Assembly: GCF_022045235.1 (NCBI RefSeq)
Contig: NW_027266319.1
Coordinates: forward strand, 2,914,001 to 2,978,000
From: Haliotis cracherodii
Lineage: Eukaryota
DNA: 64,000 bases
Reading direction: 5' to 3'
The position numbers were made by a program, and so were the translations under genes. This document shows positions 38,633 through 52,159 of the stretch, in pieces (the first letter of the stretch is position 1; every line of letters begins with the position of its first letter). Under the pieces are notes generated by a model, which searched no databases, was not told the DNA's origin, and was given only the letters and a program-made list of their open reading frames with translations.

Positions 38633-39365
38633 AGAACAAGACCATGGCGTAGATCGTCCTCAGTATATGTTGATCTGGAATACTTGTATTAATAAAATAT
38701 ATCAGAGGAAGAAAACGAATACCTCATAGCACGTTTGCAAATTTAACACTGCACTCAGACGATAGGAGAATACTTGTCACTGTAAACTGACATTATGCAA
38801 ACAGACACATTTTTTGCTTTAATGGTTTTATTAAAAGGGCACGTCATAAGACGAAGCAATGCAAACAGGCGGTCGACAGCCAGTTAAGATTATTCAAAAT
38901 AGGTCGCACGGTTCTCGAGGTCATCTGGATGTTTGAAACATACATGTAGATGAAATAATAGGAAAGTGCAGAGTTGCAAGTGCCAGAAACCCATGACCAT
39001 GGGTTCGAATCCCAGTTAGCCGTGATTATGTTTCTAGGGTATACAGCAACATATATACCCGTGGACCATCTTCCTGAGGCAAGGGAGTTCACGGACTATA
39101 GAAGTCCAGTTTCCATCCTTGCCTATCTAGGCTGGTATTATGGACTTATATTTTGGATGGCACGACCATGCATAGTCCAATGAAAATCGCGTAACAAAAT
39201 CAGCATCTGGTTCGTAAACTGCCGTGCAGATTTCGGTCGATTGCAGGATTTGCAAAGCATGTGTACCGTTAACAAATATTTTGCAAATATTTTCATATTT
39301 TTAATCAAGTTGCTCCCGTGATTTGATGCACTTCGGGAAGAAAGAACCATTTTATTTCAGTAATT

Positions 39366-40365
39366 ATGTGAAGGATATGGTCCGAAAATTCACGATTATT
39401 TTTGTACGTGGGGCGAGTTCGAGGCCGTTAGGCCGAAAACTTGCCCCACCTGCAAATATAATCGTGACTTTGAGGACCATATCTAACTTAAAACAGAGTC
39501 CCATTCAAAATACATGTTAAACTAATGTCCACCCAATATGCACGTGCATATATAATGGAGGGTCGTTCGTGTTTATGCTGAATAGATAGGAACAGCGCGC
39601 ATGAACGCGCTACAGTTCGAGCAAGGAGGCATCGTCTAATAAAAGCGCGGAAAAGCACGTGCGATTTCTCATTTAGCTTTCATTTGTCTTTGTACGTGAT
39701 GAACATGGGAGATTCCGATTCCGACTCCGATGTTCATTTCACTACACAAAGTCATTTTACGAGCTCGTACCGGGAAGAATTTAACTCAGATTTTGATAGA
39801 CTTATTTATACTGATATTGAAACATTTGACGTGGCTGTACAAGATTTTGATGTGGGTATCTTGGAACCAGATGAGTTCTCTCCAAATGATACAGATTTGG
39901 TGAAAAACTCTCTCAACAAGTAGAAGCAAGTATTCGCCAGGCCATACACATTCCCGTTATTGCTCATACTATTCATGACGCAGATAGTATTTTTCCGGGA
40001 ATAACACAGGTCCTATTCCTAACCGTTTTAGCAATCCTGTGTCAGAGCATGATCTTCTAAGTCTTTGTAATTCGGCTTTTTCTCAAAACACAGATAACAA
40101 GAGAAGGACGGCCCTTAACATCTTCTAAGCCTGGGTTAAGGAAAGACAATCACATGGGTTACGTAATGACGTCGTGTTAAACCCCGACATTATTGCTCTT
40201 TCGCATCGTGAAACAGATCTCAATAAAACAATCCTGCGTTTCTTGGTGGAAGTACGAAACCAAAAGGGTGAAGAATATCGGGGAAATACGTTATATGAAC
40301 TGATTGCGTCATTGCAATACCATCTCCGAAGACATGATATCGAGATTCAACGTCAATTCTCGCAG
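39366..40365 (+). mobile_element. Crypton-like (DUF3504/tyrosine recombinase) element fragment with an upstream palindrome
   Basis: RFSNPVSE..SQNT..ALNIF*AW..R..LNKTILRFLVEVRNQKGEEYRGNTLYELIASLQYHLR, and a 120-bp palindrome at 39366-39486. Confidence 0.65.
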
Positions 40366-40506
40366 TAACTGAAACAACTACAGCCGAGAGTGCAGCACAA
40401 AAATCCATGAAACTAGTATTACCAGATGGGGCAACTTTGTCGTTGTCTTTCTGAAATAAATTTAATTTCTTATGTGTCTCCGTTTCATTTACCTCAGAGG
40501 ACAGTA

Positions 40507-40857
40507 GAGGTGAGGTGAAATGGGGTTTAACGTCGCGTCCAAGAGTATTGCACTTATATGGCGACGTGCATGCACGTGTGTGTGTGTGTGGCTGCTTGTA
40601 CTAGTCCGGAATGATGCCGATTTATAGTGCTAGCACACTGAGATACGATGCCGCAGTTTAACACGAATACCCCACTCAGACACAGTCTACTGACTCCGAG
40701 CCGACCAGTCCTTGTTTTAGCCCTTTAATGCCGAGCGCTAGAAAGGGTAACAACAAGTACCATCTTTTAGCGTCTTTTGGTATGACGCGGCCGGGCATCG
40801 AACCCCGGACCTTCCGCTCTCCGGGCGGACGCTCTACCAGTAGACCACGGAGGCGGT
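40507..40857 (-). mobile_element. Meta-domain SINE (family D), full length
   Basis: tRNA-like head, gtcataccaaaagac..aaaagatggtac..cggcattaaagg core, and an imperfect TSD ctcagag(g/a)acag. Confidence 0.88.
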
Positions 40858-41499
40858 CTCAGAGAACAGAAATCACGTAGTTTTATAGTGTTAACACAAA
40901 TACAGGACGGTTCGTGTATTTGGGTTTAACGCCCTTTTCACAAACAGAATTTCAGTTATATCACGGCGGCATGTTCATTGCAAAACCACTGTGGTTATGT
41001 GATGCAGGGTAACGTGCGAACGTCTAGTGGTATATGCAAATCAATGGTGAGCGAAGTTGCTTAACTGATTGGACCACCGCCGTGGTTTAGTGGTGGAGCG
41101 TCCGCCCGGAGAGCGGAAGATTGAACGATGTTATTTCCTCCCGAACGCATATTCACGATATTGTCGGAATCGTACACTAGACAATAGGGTTTTCGTAGGA
41201 TTATGTCAATGTTTTTGTCGTTTTTGTTGATACACAACACTTTTGTTTTATCGTTGTGAGTGAGTAATTGTTGTTTAACGCCGAATCAGAAATCTTGCAG
41301 CTATTAGCAATGGGTCTGTGATGTCACATGTGATGCGTTCATGATCGTCGATGTACACAACATACCTGATGTCCGTTTGTGTCGGACCAATCTATAATTG
41401 CTTGAAGATAAGTGATTCTTCATATATTAATCAACATGTATGATATTCATGTTTCTTTTGGCGGTGAGTATATAGAAGAAATAGACGGTCCTGTGGCGC

Positions 41500-44400
41500 A
41501 TGCGTGAGTTTGAACAGGGTGGACGTGATTTTCTTAGCTCCCACCTTGGGGATCCTTCTTCCCAACACAGAGCTACAACAGGACTGTCTGTACAACCAGA
41601 CACAGCGACAAGAAGCATGAAATGTATTAACATTAGCAATAAGTGTTTCTCGATGTGCCTACGACTTCTGATCTGTCTGAGTTTGCTTCTTGTAGCAGCT
41701 AGTTGTGTCGAGACGAACCTAGGCCCACCTAAGTCCGGCACCGCACACAATACTCGAAATCAGTCAACTTTGTCTGATCGATACAGATGTCGGCAGCGGA
41801 AAATGAAAACAGCAACTGGATGGCGATTTTAAAAGACATTATATCTAACACCACGGACATAAACAATAACTTTGAGAGACTAGATGACAAGGTCACAAAA
41901 AGGCGTCTGATTTTCACGAGCAGCTAGCCTCGCCTCAACACGAAAATAATCAACTGAGACTTTCTCTTTCTAGTTTGGAAGAAAAAACACGAGGATATAG
42001 AGTGTCGCGAGTGGCGAAACAACTTAATATTCCATGGAATATTTGGGGAGAGGGGCGAAACATGGGATCAGTCCGAGTCAAACGTGAGAGATTTTCTGTG
42101 CCACGAGTTACACATGGACAAGGCAAATTGATATTGTTATTATTCGCGCTCACCGTTTTGTGAGTCATTTGTGAGACGGTCCGATGTATTCTCACACTTC
42201 TTGTCCGGTTTTCGTGCGCTATACTGCGTCCGTCCAAGACGTCTCACCAGAAAATTCACCAGTTAATGAGAATATAGATAGTGATGGACTTACTCGACAA
42301 CTATTTGAACATCATTGTTGGGGAACACCCACGCGAGCATATATTTCTTGCTGGGGATCTTAATGCAAGGACATCATCTGGTAAATAGAGACAACCCCCA
42401 GTATTCTGTCAAAGGAAGGTGGAAGCAGTTGGATGAATTATGGGTGGTATAATGGTGCTAAAGAAACCTTCTTGCACAAGCTTGAGTGTATATTAGTAGA
42501 GCACATTATGAATATATCTTCCAGCGAGTTACTAATAATTGTAATACAGCAGTATCTCGTATAGCCCGTTATCATCCAGAAGCTGCATAACACACCAAAA
42601 AAGTATATGGTTTAAATTTCTGATTTCAGGAGAAATCAGCAGCCTCCCTGGTGGGATGATGAACTGGAATTAATTAAACAGGACAAATACAAAGCCCTAA
42701 GAGCTCACAGAGATCGTTGGGACGACGTTTCACTTTTTAGTCACTTAAGATCAATGTTTAAAAATGCTTTTAGTAGAAAGAAAACTTATTTCTTGAAGCA
42801 CAGAGAGAAAAACTGATAGCTGCAAGAGACAACCCAAAGTTGTTCTGGAAACTGCTCAAGGATAGTAAACAATTTAATGCAGTGACTCAATCAATCTGGA
42901 CGAACCATTTTACGTCTCTTCTTTCCAGGCAGGATCTTGCACAGTATAGCAGTATGTACCATATCCCTGACAAGAATGATCTAACAATTAACATTCCTAT
43001 CCTAACACAAGTAATGTCAAGTCACATAAACCAGCTTCGGAATAATACATCCCCTGGGACTGACGGTATTGCTGCTGAGTTTCGTAAGCCTTCAGAAAAA
43101 CAAATTACACCAATTTTAGTTATTATATCTTACAAAATCTTTGAGAGTGGTAACTTTCCAGATGTTTTGAGAAAAAGAATCATCTGTACTTTGTTCAAGT
43201 CTGGTGATATGAATGATGCCAACAATTATAGAGGTATATCACTCATTGATACCATATGCAGAGTATTTACATCTATTCTTAATGCTAGACTACAGTGGTG
43301 GTGTGATGATAATCATTGATGAATCTCAAGCTGAAGTTAGACTCAACTATTCCACGACATATAATTTCATTACAGGCCATTATCCAAAAAATATGCCTGT
43401 AAAAGGAAAGGAGGGGTTTACTGGCAGTGTTTATTTGTAGATTTCTCAAAAGCGATAATGAGTTTGATAATGTTGATCACAGAGGTTGGCTGATGTTGGT
43501 GTTCGTGGAATGTTTTTGTCTATTATTACATCAATATATAATAAACTGTGTGCCAATATACTTTAAGTGTAATATAGATACTCGTCAAGGATGCATCCTC
43601 AGCCGACAGAAACTGTGTCGTTTTATAGATATTTGAGTATTGTGTTCACGCCCAAACTTGTTTGGACTAAGGCATTAAATACTCTTGCTGCACAGAGTAA
43701 CAAGGCCATTATGACATTATATAGATATCAAAAAAAAGTTGGATATATACACTGTCAAGATTTATTCAAGATATTTGATGCTGTGATTGTGCTTATTGTC
43801 TGTTGCAGTGCAGAAGTATGGGACATCTCATATTGTAAAATTATTGAAGATGTACAGAACAAAATGTGCAAATGGTTTCTAAATACAGGTAAAACAACAA
43901 ACAATGCTATGGGTTTAGGAGAGTGCGATAGAACCCCTTTCCAACTTGTGTATACCACAAGGGCCATATTGGTGCAGGCTACTGCGTTTGCACGAGCACA
44001 GACTGCATCGCAAATGTTATTTAATGCTCAAATCACTGGACCATTCTGGGCTACTCACATTAAGAATATTTTGTTTAAATTAGGATTTGGATATGTATGG
44101 TTAACACAAGATGTTGGCAATGTGATGACATTTAATCATCTGTTTAAACAAATATTTTTATTTGGTAACCTTCAACAATCATGGTGTAGTTCTATCAATA
44201 GTATATCTGATACCTTTTATTATACACATTTTAAATCCATGTTAAATGTAGAAAAATATCTAACACTCCCTATGCCAGTAGACCTTAGACTCGTTTCAGA
44301 TGTAGCAGGTTTAAACTTGCAGTTGATTTGGGGAGATAGACAAATGTCCCATACACTGAACGATTATGTAAATATTGTATAGAAAATGGTAGATCTTTTA

Positions 44401-44693
44401 TTGAAGATGAATTTCATGTTTTGCTTGTATGTGAACGTTATTCAGCCTTAAGAAGTATGTATGGTAAACAGTATACCAAGTCTCGAACTGTAACAGCTTT
44501 AACTGAAATCATTTCATCAGAAAACTTTGATGTTGTATATAACACATGTTCATATTTATACTTGTTTATAAATTCCAACGGCTAAGAGAAACATTAATCG
44601 ATTACTTCATTGGCATGCATAGTTCATGCAATCAAACATTGTCTGTATTATGGGCCTATGGCCTTTCTACTGAATAAACTGTCTGTCTGTCTG
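41500..44693 (+). mobile_element. Near full-length degraded CR1/L2-group LINE with a 2A-like motif at the ORF1 N-terminus
   Basis: CVETNLGP, coiled-coil ORF1, HIFLAGDLNART (APE), PWWD, NYRGISL, RQGCILS and IEDEFHVLLVC, ending in aataaa plus a (ctgt)n tail. Confidence 0.88.
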
Positions 44694-44959
44694 ACGGTCC
44701 CGTATGAATCTTGCAATGAAAAATGGTACGCATAAATAAAATTTATAAAGACTATAATCTATTTTTTGGCTTTTTCAAAATAATTTATCGGCCAAGAAAT
44801 GCTGCTGCCATTTGCGTACATGTTCCAAATTAAGATATGGGTCAAATGAGGGATTCTACTGGTATAAATAATTTGTTTATCGCCATGCTTCGGGTTCGTG
44901 TATCGGCCTCACTGTTGTTGGTACTGTAGTGTCTTTCATACGCTAGGAGTCAATGGACT

Positions 44960-45095
44960 AACGGACCGAGGCTTATTCTTCCGGACATACGGACCGAGAC
45001 ATATGCTTGCCGCGATACAGAACGAGACATATTCTTGCGGACATACATACCGAGACATATTCTTCCGGATATAAGGACCGAGAGCCTATCAAGTT
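44960..45095. repeat. Short degenerate tandem repeat of about 28 bp
   Basis: accgagacatattcttccggacatac repeated 4-5 times. Confidence 0.7.
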
Positions 45096-45344
45096 TACCG
45101 CCCCAGACATATTGTACGAGGTATCCCGTAAATACGGAAACAGAAACACAGATCGATTTGCTTCTTCTCGTCTACTTGTCCTGTCCTCCAAATTGAGAAA
45201 AGAGTGTACCAGGATTTATAACGTTGTGCAACATCAGACATGACGTTGCTGGAAGTGATGTCGTTGCCTAGGGTCAGGAACATTGCGGATTTTGATAAAT
45301 GATTTTAATTTGTAAGATTTATGCTGAGTCGCTTGACCACATTC

Positions 45345-45495
45345 GTATTGTTTTACGCCGCTTTTGGCAATATCCCAGCAATATCACGGCGCGGGACACC
45401 AGGAATGGGCTTCACACATTGTACCAATGACGGGAATCGACACTGGTCTTCGGCGTGACGAGGGTACGCTTTGACCTCTAGGCCACCCCACCGAC
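45345..45495 (-). mobile_element. Family A SINE
   Basis: Reverse complement of the consensus. Confidence 0.85.
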
Positions 45496-45650
45496 CTACG
45501 TTTGATTGAACTGATGATATTGTTCTTTCGTGAGGACGCTTTCATTCGCCAATCATGAACGCAATCTCCTTGAAATCAGAACTTAGTTCCGGCTATCGCT
45601 GAACACAGATATTTTTTTTCTGAACACAGATTAGATGATAACCAATTACG

Positions 45651-45821
45651 GGGGCAGTCGGGTAGCCTAGTGGTTAAAGTGTTCGCTTGTCACGCCGAAG
45701 ACCCGGATTCGATTCCCGACATGGGTACAATGTGTGAAGCCCATTTCTGGTGTGCCCCGCCGTAATATTGCTGGAATATTGTTAAAAGCGGCGTATAACC
45801 ATACTCACTCACTCACTCACT
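45651..45821 (+). mobile_element. Family A SINE, near consensus, with TSD
   Basis: TSD ccaattacg at 45642-45650 and 45822-45830. The head resembles tRNA-Asp(GTC). Confidence 0.93.
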
Positions 45822-45824
45822 CCA

Positions 45825-46263
45825 ATTACGGGTAACTTCAGAACGAGCTTTGACTGACCAATGAAATAACCAACGTCGATATTAGCCAATCAGAAGCGCC
45901 TTTTCCAGCAATACGGCACTAGTTTATTAAAACTGTCGACTTCCAGACTACGCTTAAAAAATATTATGACAAAGTCTCGATTTAAAAATTTAAAAAATGA
46001 ACATAAGATCATTCTGGAATGGCAGTACTTCCCACGGGCTATGCAAAGTCTCTTTCCTTCAAATGTTTTTCCCCCACTGAAGCGGGCGATAGATGACGAT
46101 GTTGAAGTAATCTGTGCACAGTCCGTAACTGTCGTTCGCAATACGTCGTGTTAACCTATTCGAGGTTGCATGATTAGAAAACACATTCCAACTATCACTC
46201 TCTGATTTGGTTAGCGACGCTCTGATTGGTCGGGTTAAAGGTCGTCCTAACGTGACCCGTAAT
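45825..46263. mobile_element. MITE-like element with imperfect TIRs of about 60 bp
   Basis: attacgggtaacttcagaacgagctttgac..ccaat aligns with the reverse complement of attggtcgggttaaaggtcgtcctaacgtgacccgtaat. Confidence 0.6.
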
Positions 46264-46869
46264 GGGAAGTCCTCAGAACTTGCTTAACAGCAGCGGGGAC
46301 AAAGATCTGAATTTTATCAACGGCAATTGCTGTTTGTGCCGGTGTAGATCTCGGCGAGTTAGCGCGGGCATTGCCATTATATCCTATCCGTCCAGTTGGT
46401 TCAGGAGGACTTCATGTGACAGCCTCGCGCCTTGATGGGTTGTTGTTCCGCCGAGTTGAGTTAATTCATGACATCTGTCCGCTGGGGCCGTACACGATGG
46501 ATTTTCTGACTTGGTTAAGCTGAGAAGACAAACACTTTAACATCTTCTAGTCGCTCCTGACGAGATTAACAGAGCTGTCCCAAAGACGTATTTTTATTTC
46601 TGTGTTGTGCCGTGTTGACATGGTAAAGCCAGAAAGGTTGTTTTTTTCTGCCCAAATCTAACTTCCTCGCCTGTGGTGATGAGAACAAAATATACATTTC
46701 CGAAACACAAACCAAAATCAAATTTGACTGTTCACTGTCAAAATATAATGTTTAGATGATTTAGGTTGGAGATGTTGTGTAACGATGTGATTTAAGTTTG
46801 GATTGGCCATTAAACAGGTTAGTAACCGGATTCGCTATTTGCATTTCTAATTGATCGCCATTTAAGGGG

Positions 46870-47850
46870 AGCATGGCACGTCTAATGGACAATGGCTAAG
46901 GGTCGCATGGTCTGGCTAATGTACGCATGGCACGGCTAATGGACAATGGCTAAGGGTCGCATGATCTGGCTAATGTACGCATGGCACGGCTAATTCGCGC
47001 AAGACACGGCTAAGTCACGCATGGTGTGGCTTATGTACGCATGGAACGGCTTGGCGACGCATGATGTGGCTAAGGGACGCATGGTGTGTCTAATGTAAGC
47101 ATGAAACGGCTACGGGACGCATGATGTGGCTAAGGGACGCATAGTGTGGCTGTGGGGCGCATGGTGTGGCTGTGGGACGCATGATGTGGCTAACGGATGC
47201 ATGGTGTGGCTAAGGGACGCATGCTGTGGCTAATGTATGCATTGAGCGGCTATGGGACGCATGGTGTGGCTTATGTAAGCATGGAACGGCTAAGGGACGC
47301 ATGATGTGGCTAAGGGACGCATGGTGTGGCTTATGTAAGCATGGAACGGCTAAGGGACGCATGGTGTGGCTTATGTAAGCATGGAACGGCTAAGGGACGC
47401 ATGGTGTGGCTAAGGGACGCATGGTGTGGCTTATGTAAGTATGGAACGGCTAAGGGACGCATGGAACGGCTAAGGGACGCATGGTGTGGCTAAGGGACGC
47501 ATGGTGTGGCTTATGTAAGCATGGAACGGCTAAGGGACGCATGATGTGGCTAAGGGACGCATGGTGTGGCTTATGTAAGTATGGAACGGCTAAGGGACGC
47601 ATGATCTGGCTAAGGGACGCATGGTGTGGCTTATGTAAGCATGGAACGGCTAAGGGACGCATGATGTGGCTAAGGGACGCATGGTGTGGCTTATGTAAGC
47701 ATGGAACGGCTAAGGGACGCATGATGTGGCTAAGGGACGCATGGTGTGGCTTATGTAAGTATGGAACGGCTAAGGGACGCATGATGTGGCTAAGGGACGC
47801 ATGGTGTGGCTTATGTACGCATGGCACGGCTTAGGGACGCATGGATAAGG
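46870..47850. repeat. 20-bp minisatellite that develops into a 60-bp higher-order repeat
   Basis: atggaacggctaagggacgc-atgatgtggctaagggacgc-atggtgtggcttatgtaagc. Confidence 0.95.
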
Positions 47851-47937
47851 GACGGTATTGTTCAGTGGGACTAAACACACTGACATAATATGTATGAATG
47901 ACTGTGTGTGCACACGGATAATACACGTACTCTTACA

Positions 47938-48062
47938 AGTGAGTGAGTGAGTGAGTGAGTGAGTGAGTGAGTGAGTGAGTGAGTGAGTGAGTGAGTGAGA
48001 GTTCGGTTTTATGCACTTTTTAGCAATATTCCAGTATGCCCGGTTCCACACACTGTACCCAT
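47938..48062 (-). repeat. (gagt)n microsatellite, the expanded tail of a partial family A SINE
   Basis: About 15 units adjoining ttttagcaatattccag. Confidence 0.85.
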
Positions 48063-48793
48063 GGGGGTTGGGGTGGGAGGGGGAACTCTCGGACACGGGC
48101 TCCCGGCTTTAAGTAAACAAGGCTCCCTCGCCGCAACAATACTTGTAAAACGTCACTCGTACATTGTTTGGGCGATCATGACAGAACATTTCAAGGGACA
48201 CTACTCCTCATGGCACAAATAATAAGCGAATATAAAACACGTCTATTGCTATTTTAAGTGGTTTGCAACATGCACACCTGTTATTATCACTTATGATTGA
48301 GATTCATAAAGACTTGCTTATGATAGAGATTCATAAAGGCTTGCTTATGCTTGAGATTCATAAAGGCTTGTTTATGATAGAACCGGAATCTTACAATGGG
48401 CTCTGGTCTTACCAGAGTTTTTGTTATGATTTTGTCCCTTTGCATTAATGATGGTAGCACATGACACCGGAACTAGCGGACGTTCCCCATCCCCAGCTAC
48501 CCGCTGTTCGTACGAGACGACTAGATGGAGAGCTTTTCCTGCGTAGTTACTTGTAGGTTTAATTCTATATTAGTATTAGAATTCTAGAAGCAATGGTAAT
48601 GCTTTGCTGGCGGACGAACCTGGTGGTGTTATAACAGTTGAGAGTCCTTGAAAAAGTATTTTTCTGGAACCCATTATCATACGGTTGGAAAAAATCGAAA
48701 TATTGCACAAAGCGGATTTCTGAGACGTGAAATGACTGATTCAACCAGCAACGGTGAAAGGTGTGTGTGTCTTTATGTGTGTTTGCGTGCGTT

Positions 48794-48841
<48 letters not shown>

Positions 48842-49014
48842 TGTGTGTGTAGTGTGTATGTGGTGTGTGTGAGTATGTCAGCCGATAGTCAAATTTAATT
48901 TTTCTCTGGCGTTTTCGCTCTATATTTGCAGAATACGTGCCATGCTTCTTCGGTGTCGTAGATCATTGCTCATGTCTTGAGTTACTGGTGTGCCTCGTCG
49001 TCTCCGTTGTTACA

Positions 49015-49205
49015 GATTCGGGGTAGAATAGGTCTTCAGCAACCCGTGCTTGTTGTAAATGGCGACTATGCTTGTCGTAAAAGGCGACTAACGGGATTGG
49101 GTGGTCAGGCTCGCTGACTTAGTTGATGCATGTCATCGATCCCAATTACGTGGATCGATGCTCATGATGTCAATCACTGGATTGTCTGGACCAGACTCGA
49201 TTATT
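49015..49205 (+). mobile_element. Family C element, 3'-truncated
   Basis: Matches 27200-27390. Confidence 0.85.
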
Positions 49206-49671
49206 GGCAAATTGCCCACATCAATGGATTGGGATAGTTTGATTGTCTTTGGGGAAAATGTTAACCTTATCAAATGTTGGTTTTTCGAGAAACGCTTTAT
49301 CAAGTTTACCCTGCTGACATGTGCAATACAGGAAAACCGTAGTGATGTTTTTATGTCACGTGATATTTTAGTTCTTGCAGCCTGTCAGTGTGATTATCTT
49401 TGCAGGGGTATCTATCCATTCTGGACCTTCCGAACTCTTTTGAAGACCCATGTTCTGTGAAACCTCATTAATCTGGACGGTACAGTCCCCTGTAAAACTC
49501 GTCCGGATTTCTGGAATAACAGTCAGAAATAGAAATAAGTTTGTAAAATTATCTGACTTAGTGAATTTTACTGTCCGCTCAGACACTAACATGTTATTAG
49601 GCCTTACAAATCAATTTGTATATTTGTTATTTGGTGGCTTATCGTCACTCATTGAAAAGATAAAGAAGTAA

Positions 49672-50392
49672 TCAGATCTACTTTCATTGTCAGCTTCCTG
49701 TATGAGACAACTATTATTAGGCATACACCAACAACCTATTAATGAATCCTGGGTGGGGTTCAAACATGCCACCTTCTGATCTGCTGTCCGTCACGCTACC
49801 ACCTGTGCTACGGAGACTTTTGTCTGCACAAGTGTCACTTTCCCTAGTCGCCATTACTTGGTTTATTTGTACAGTTTTTATGTTAATATTGAACCAAGCC
49901 TTTGAAAGGCATTTAGAAGTGATACAAATAAGGGAGATAATTTATGGATGTCGGCTTCTTTATTTATGTGTTCCTCATAATATAGAAGATGACATCTAAA
50001 ATTCTCTTCCTTAATATTGTACCAAGTTCGTTGTATGTCCGGGTGGCATTTGTTTTTAAGTGCCCGTGAATCTGATTTGAACATCTAAGTTTTGATAGAT
50101 ATATTACACATCTCATCCATTAATTGACTTATAGCCTGATGAAATGCACTTTACTAAACATGTTTAACAGCGGTTTAATTCTAAACATGTTTACAGGTGT
50201 GAATATTCTAAACATGCTTGGATCACGAGGAGGTTGTCTTTAGATGGCTTTTAGGCTATGAGGTCACCGTGATAGCTCATTTCATCGGCGTAGATCATTA
50301 ACACGTTTAGATAGAATATTTACTGGATAGAACTCACCAATTGTGTTTACCGTTTAGGATTTGAAAACATTCCTGAACATGTGTTTACAGTG
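49672..50392. mobile_element. Repeat copy 1 with an internal tRNA-like sequence (minus strand) and a CACTGTAAAC terminus
   Basis: Homologous to 52160-52924. Confidence 0.6.
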
Positions 50393-51296
50393 TGGTTTAA
50401 GTAGTGAATTATCCTAATTTAATAAGTTATATGTACTAATCTTCAGTATCTTCGTGCAATTTAGGGCAGCATAGTAAATTCGCTGTTTACTAACCTTCTG
50501 GCCGCTGTTACTAATTAAATTGGTAGAATTCACTAGGTTTTTTTCTCAGTGTGCCGTTATAAGTGAATTAGTACGGATTAAACAATTTCTGGAATAATGA
50601 ATCATTGATACGCAGTAATGTGCGGACTTTCTTTACAGTAAATGTCCGGAAATCTGGGTTTCCGGATCAACAGGGTTCGCAATAACGAGGTAATCCCATA
50701 TAGGGTTTCCTGTTTGTTTCCGTGAACAAATGACAACCACAATCCCAGAGACTCTTCCCGCCCCCGTCATTACCCAGAACTTACATCAGTGACAGTCACC
50801 GTGAGGTTAATGCACTGATACGTCATTAAATAAAATATTAAAAACTCAAGGACGAGAGAACTTATTAAATGAGATAATACATGGTGTTGCGCAGATAACT
50901 CGGAGAACTCCCCCATAAGACAGATGCGTGAAACATGTACGAAGAAACAACAACTTCATCGTAAATCCTCTTACCGTTTTGACCTCATCAATACATGTCA
51001 GGTGACTGATCCTAATGATGAGAAATCACCGGTTTTTGCCCTGACTGGGTACATATGAAATATGATACATACATATAAGTGGGTATGGAGGGCTAGTTTA
51101 TCAGTATTTCAGTAACATGACCTGGCTTGATGTGGGAGGAAACCAAAAAGCATGCAGTTCTTAAATGTTTATTGCAGTGGATGAATAAAGGAAATCGATA
51201 TGGTGCCTACATACCCAGTTACATCACTGCGGCGAATCTATCACAGGTTTGCTATAATTATCTGTTATTTATTATTTTTACTAGTTCTAGTTCTAG

Positions 51297-51580
51297 TGAG
51301 TTGGGTTTAACGCCGCTTTTAACAGTATTCCAGTAATATCGCGGCGTGTCAGCTTAATGTGGGAGGAAAGCCCGAAGCGATGCAGGGAAGTGATGCAGGT
51401 CTCAGACGTTTACCACTTCGGTGAAACCCACGAGCACGGGTATGGTGCTGACAAACCTAGAAACATAATTGGGGCGAACAGGGATTCGAACCCACAATCA
51501 TAGGTTTCTGGCGTGCCCAAGGGACGCAACTCTGCACAGAGAATCGCGGCGCCTTAGACGACTGGGCCACCCGTGCCCCC
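51297..51580 (-). mobile_element. tRNA-Leu-like SINE (family B), young copy
   Basis: Nearly identical to 54090-54358. Confidence 0.92.
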
Positions 51581-51924
51581 TTATTATTTGTAAGATTATT
51601 GCCACACATATTGAATATTGTAGAAACCGGAACTCTGCACGTGGTAATCTACAATTAAGCATGTCATGATCAGTATTCCAAAGTTCCTTCCCCGGGGGTG
51701 CGGAAATCAAATAAGCTGTATCCCCATTAAATCCTAAAACAACAAACATATAAAAAACGCCCCCTTTTAAAATGACCTGTTTCATATATTTAGACCCTAG
51801 CTGTTCAACTCGTTTAGCTGTTGAACACATTCCTTAACATGTTTAGGCCCAAAATGCGTCACAATTATGGGACAAGGAATGCCTTTAGGTTTGTGCTAGG
51901 ATCTTAACACATTTTGTTGTGTGT

Positions 51925-52105
51925 AGGTCGCAAGAAAGGTCGTAAGAGGCGTGTTTAATGTATCACGTCGTCAGGCTCGATGACTTGGTTGATGACGTGA
52001 CCAGGTTGTGGATCGTTGCTCACAATATCAATCACTGGATCCTGATCCGAATATTTACAGCCGCCGCCATATAGCTCGATTCTTGCGACGTAAAACAACA
52101 TACAC
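51925..52105 (+). mobile_element. Degenerate family C element
   Basis: gtcgtaagaggcg..tcaggctcg.tgacttggttga..aatcactggat. Confidence 0.7.
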
Positions 52106-52159
52106 ACATATGTGTGTTTCAAATAAACTAAAATAAAAAACGTTGAGGGTCGATCGTAG

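Noticed and set aside
45651-45730. Functional tRNA-Asp gene (and other tRNA-like heads)
   Set aside because: There is no acceptor stem or poly-T terminator. It continues into the SINE body and has a TSD.
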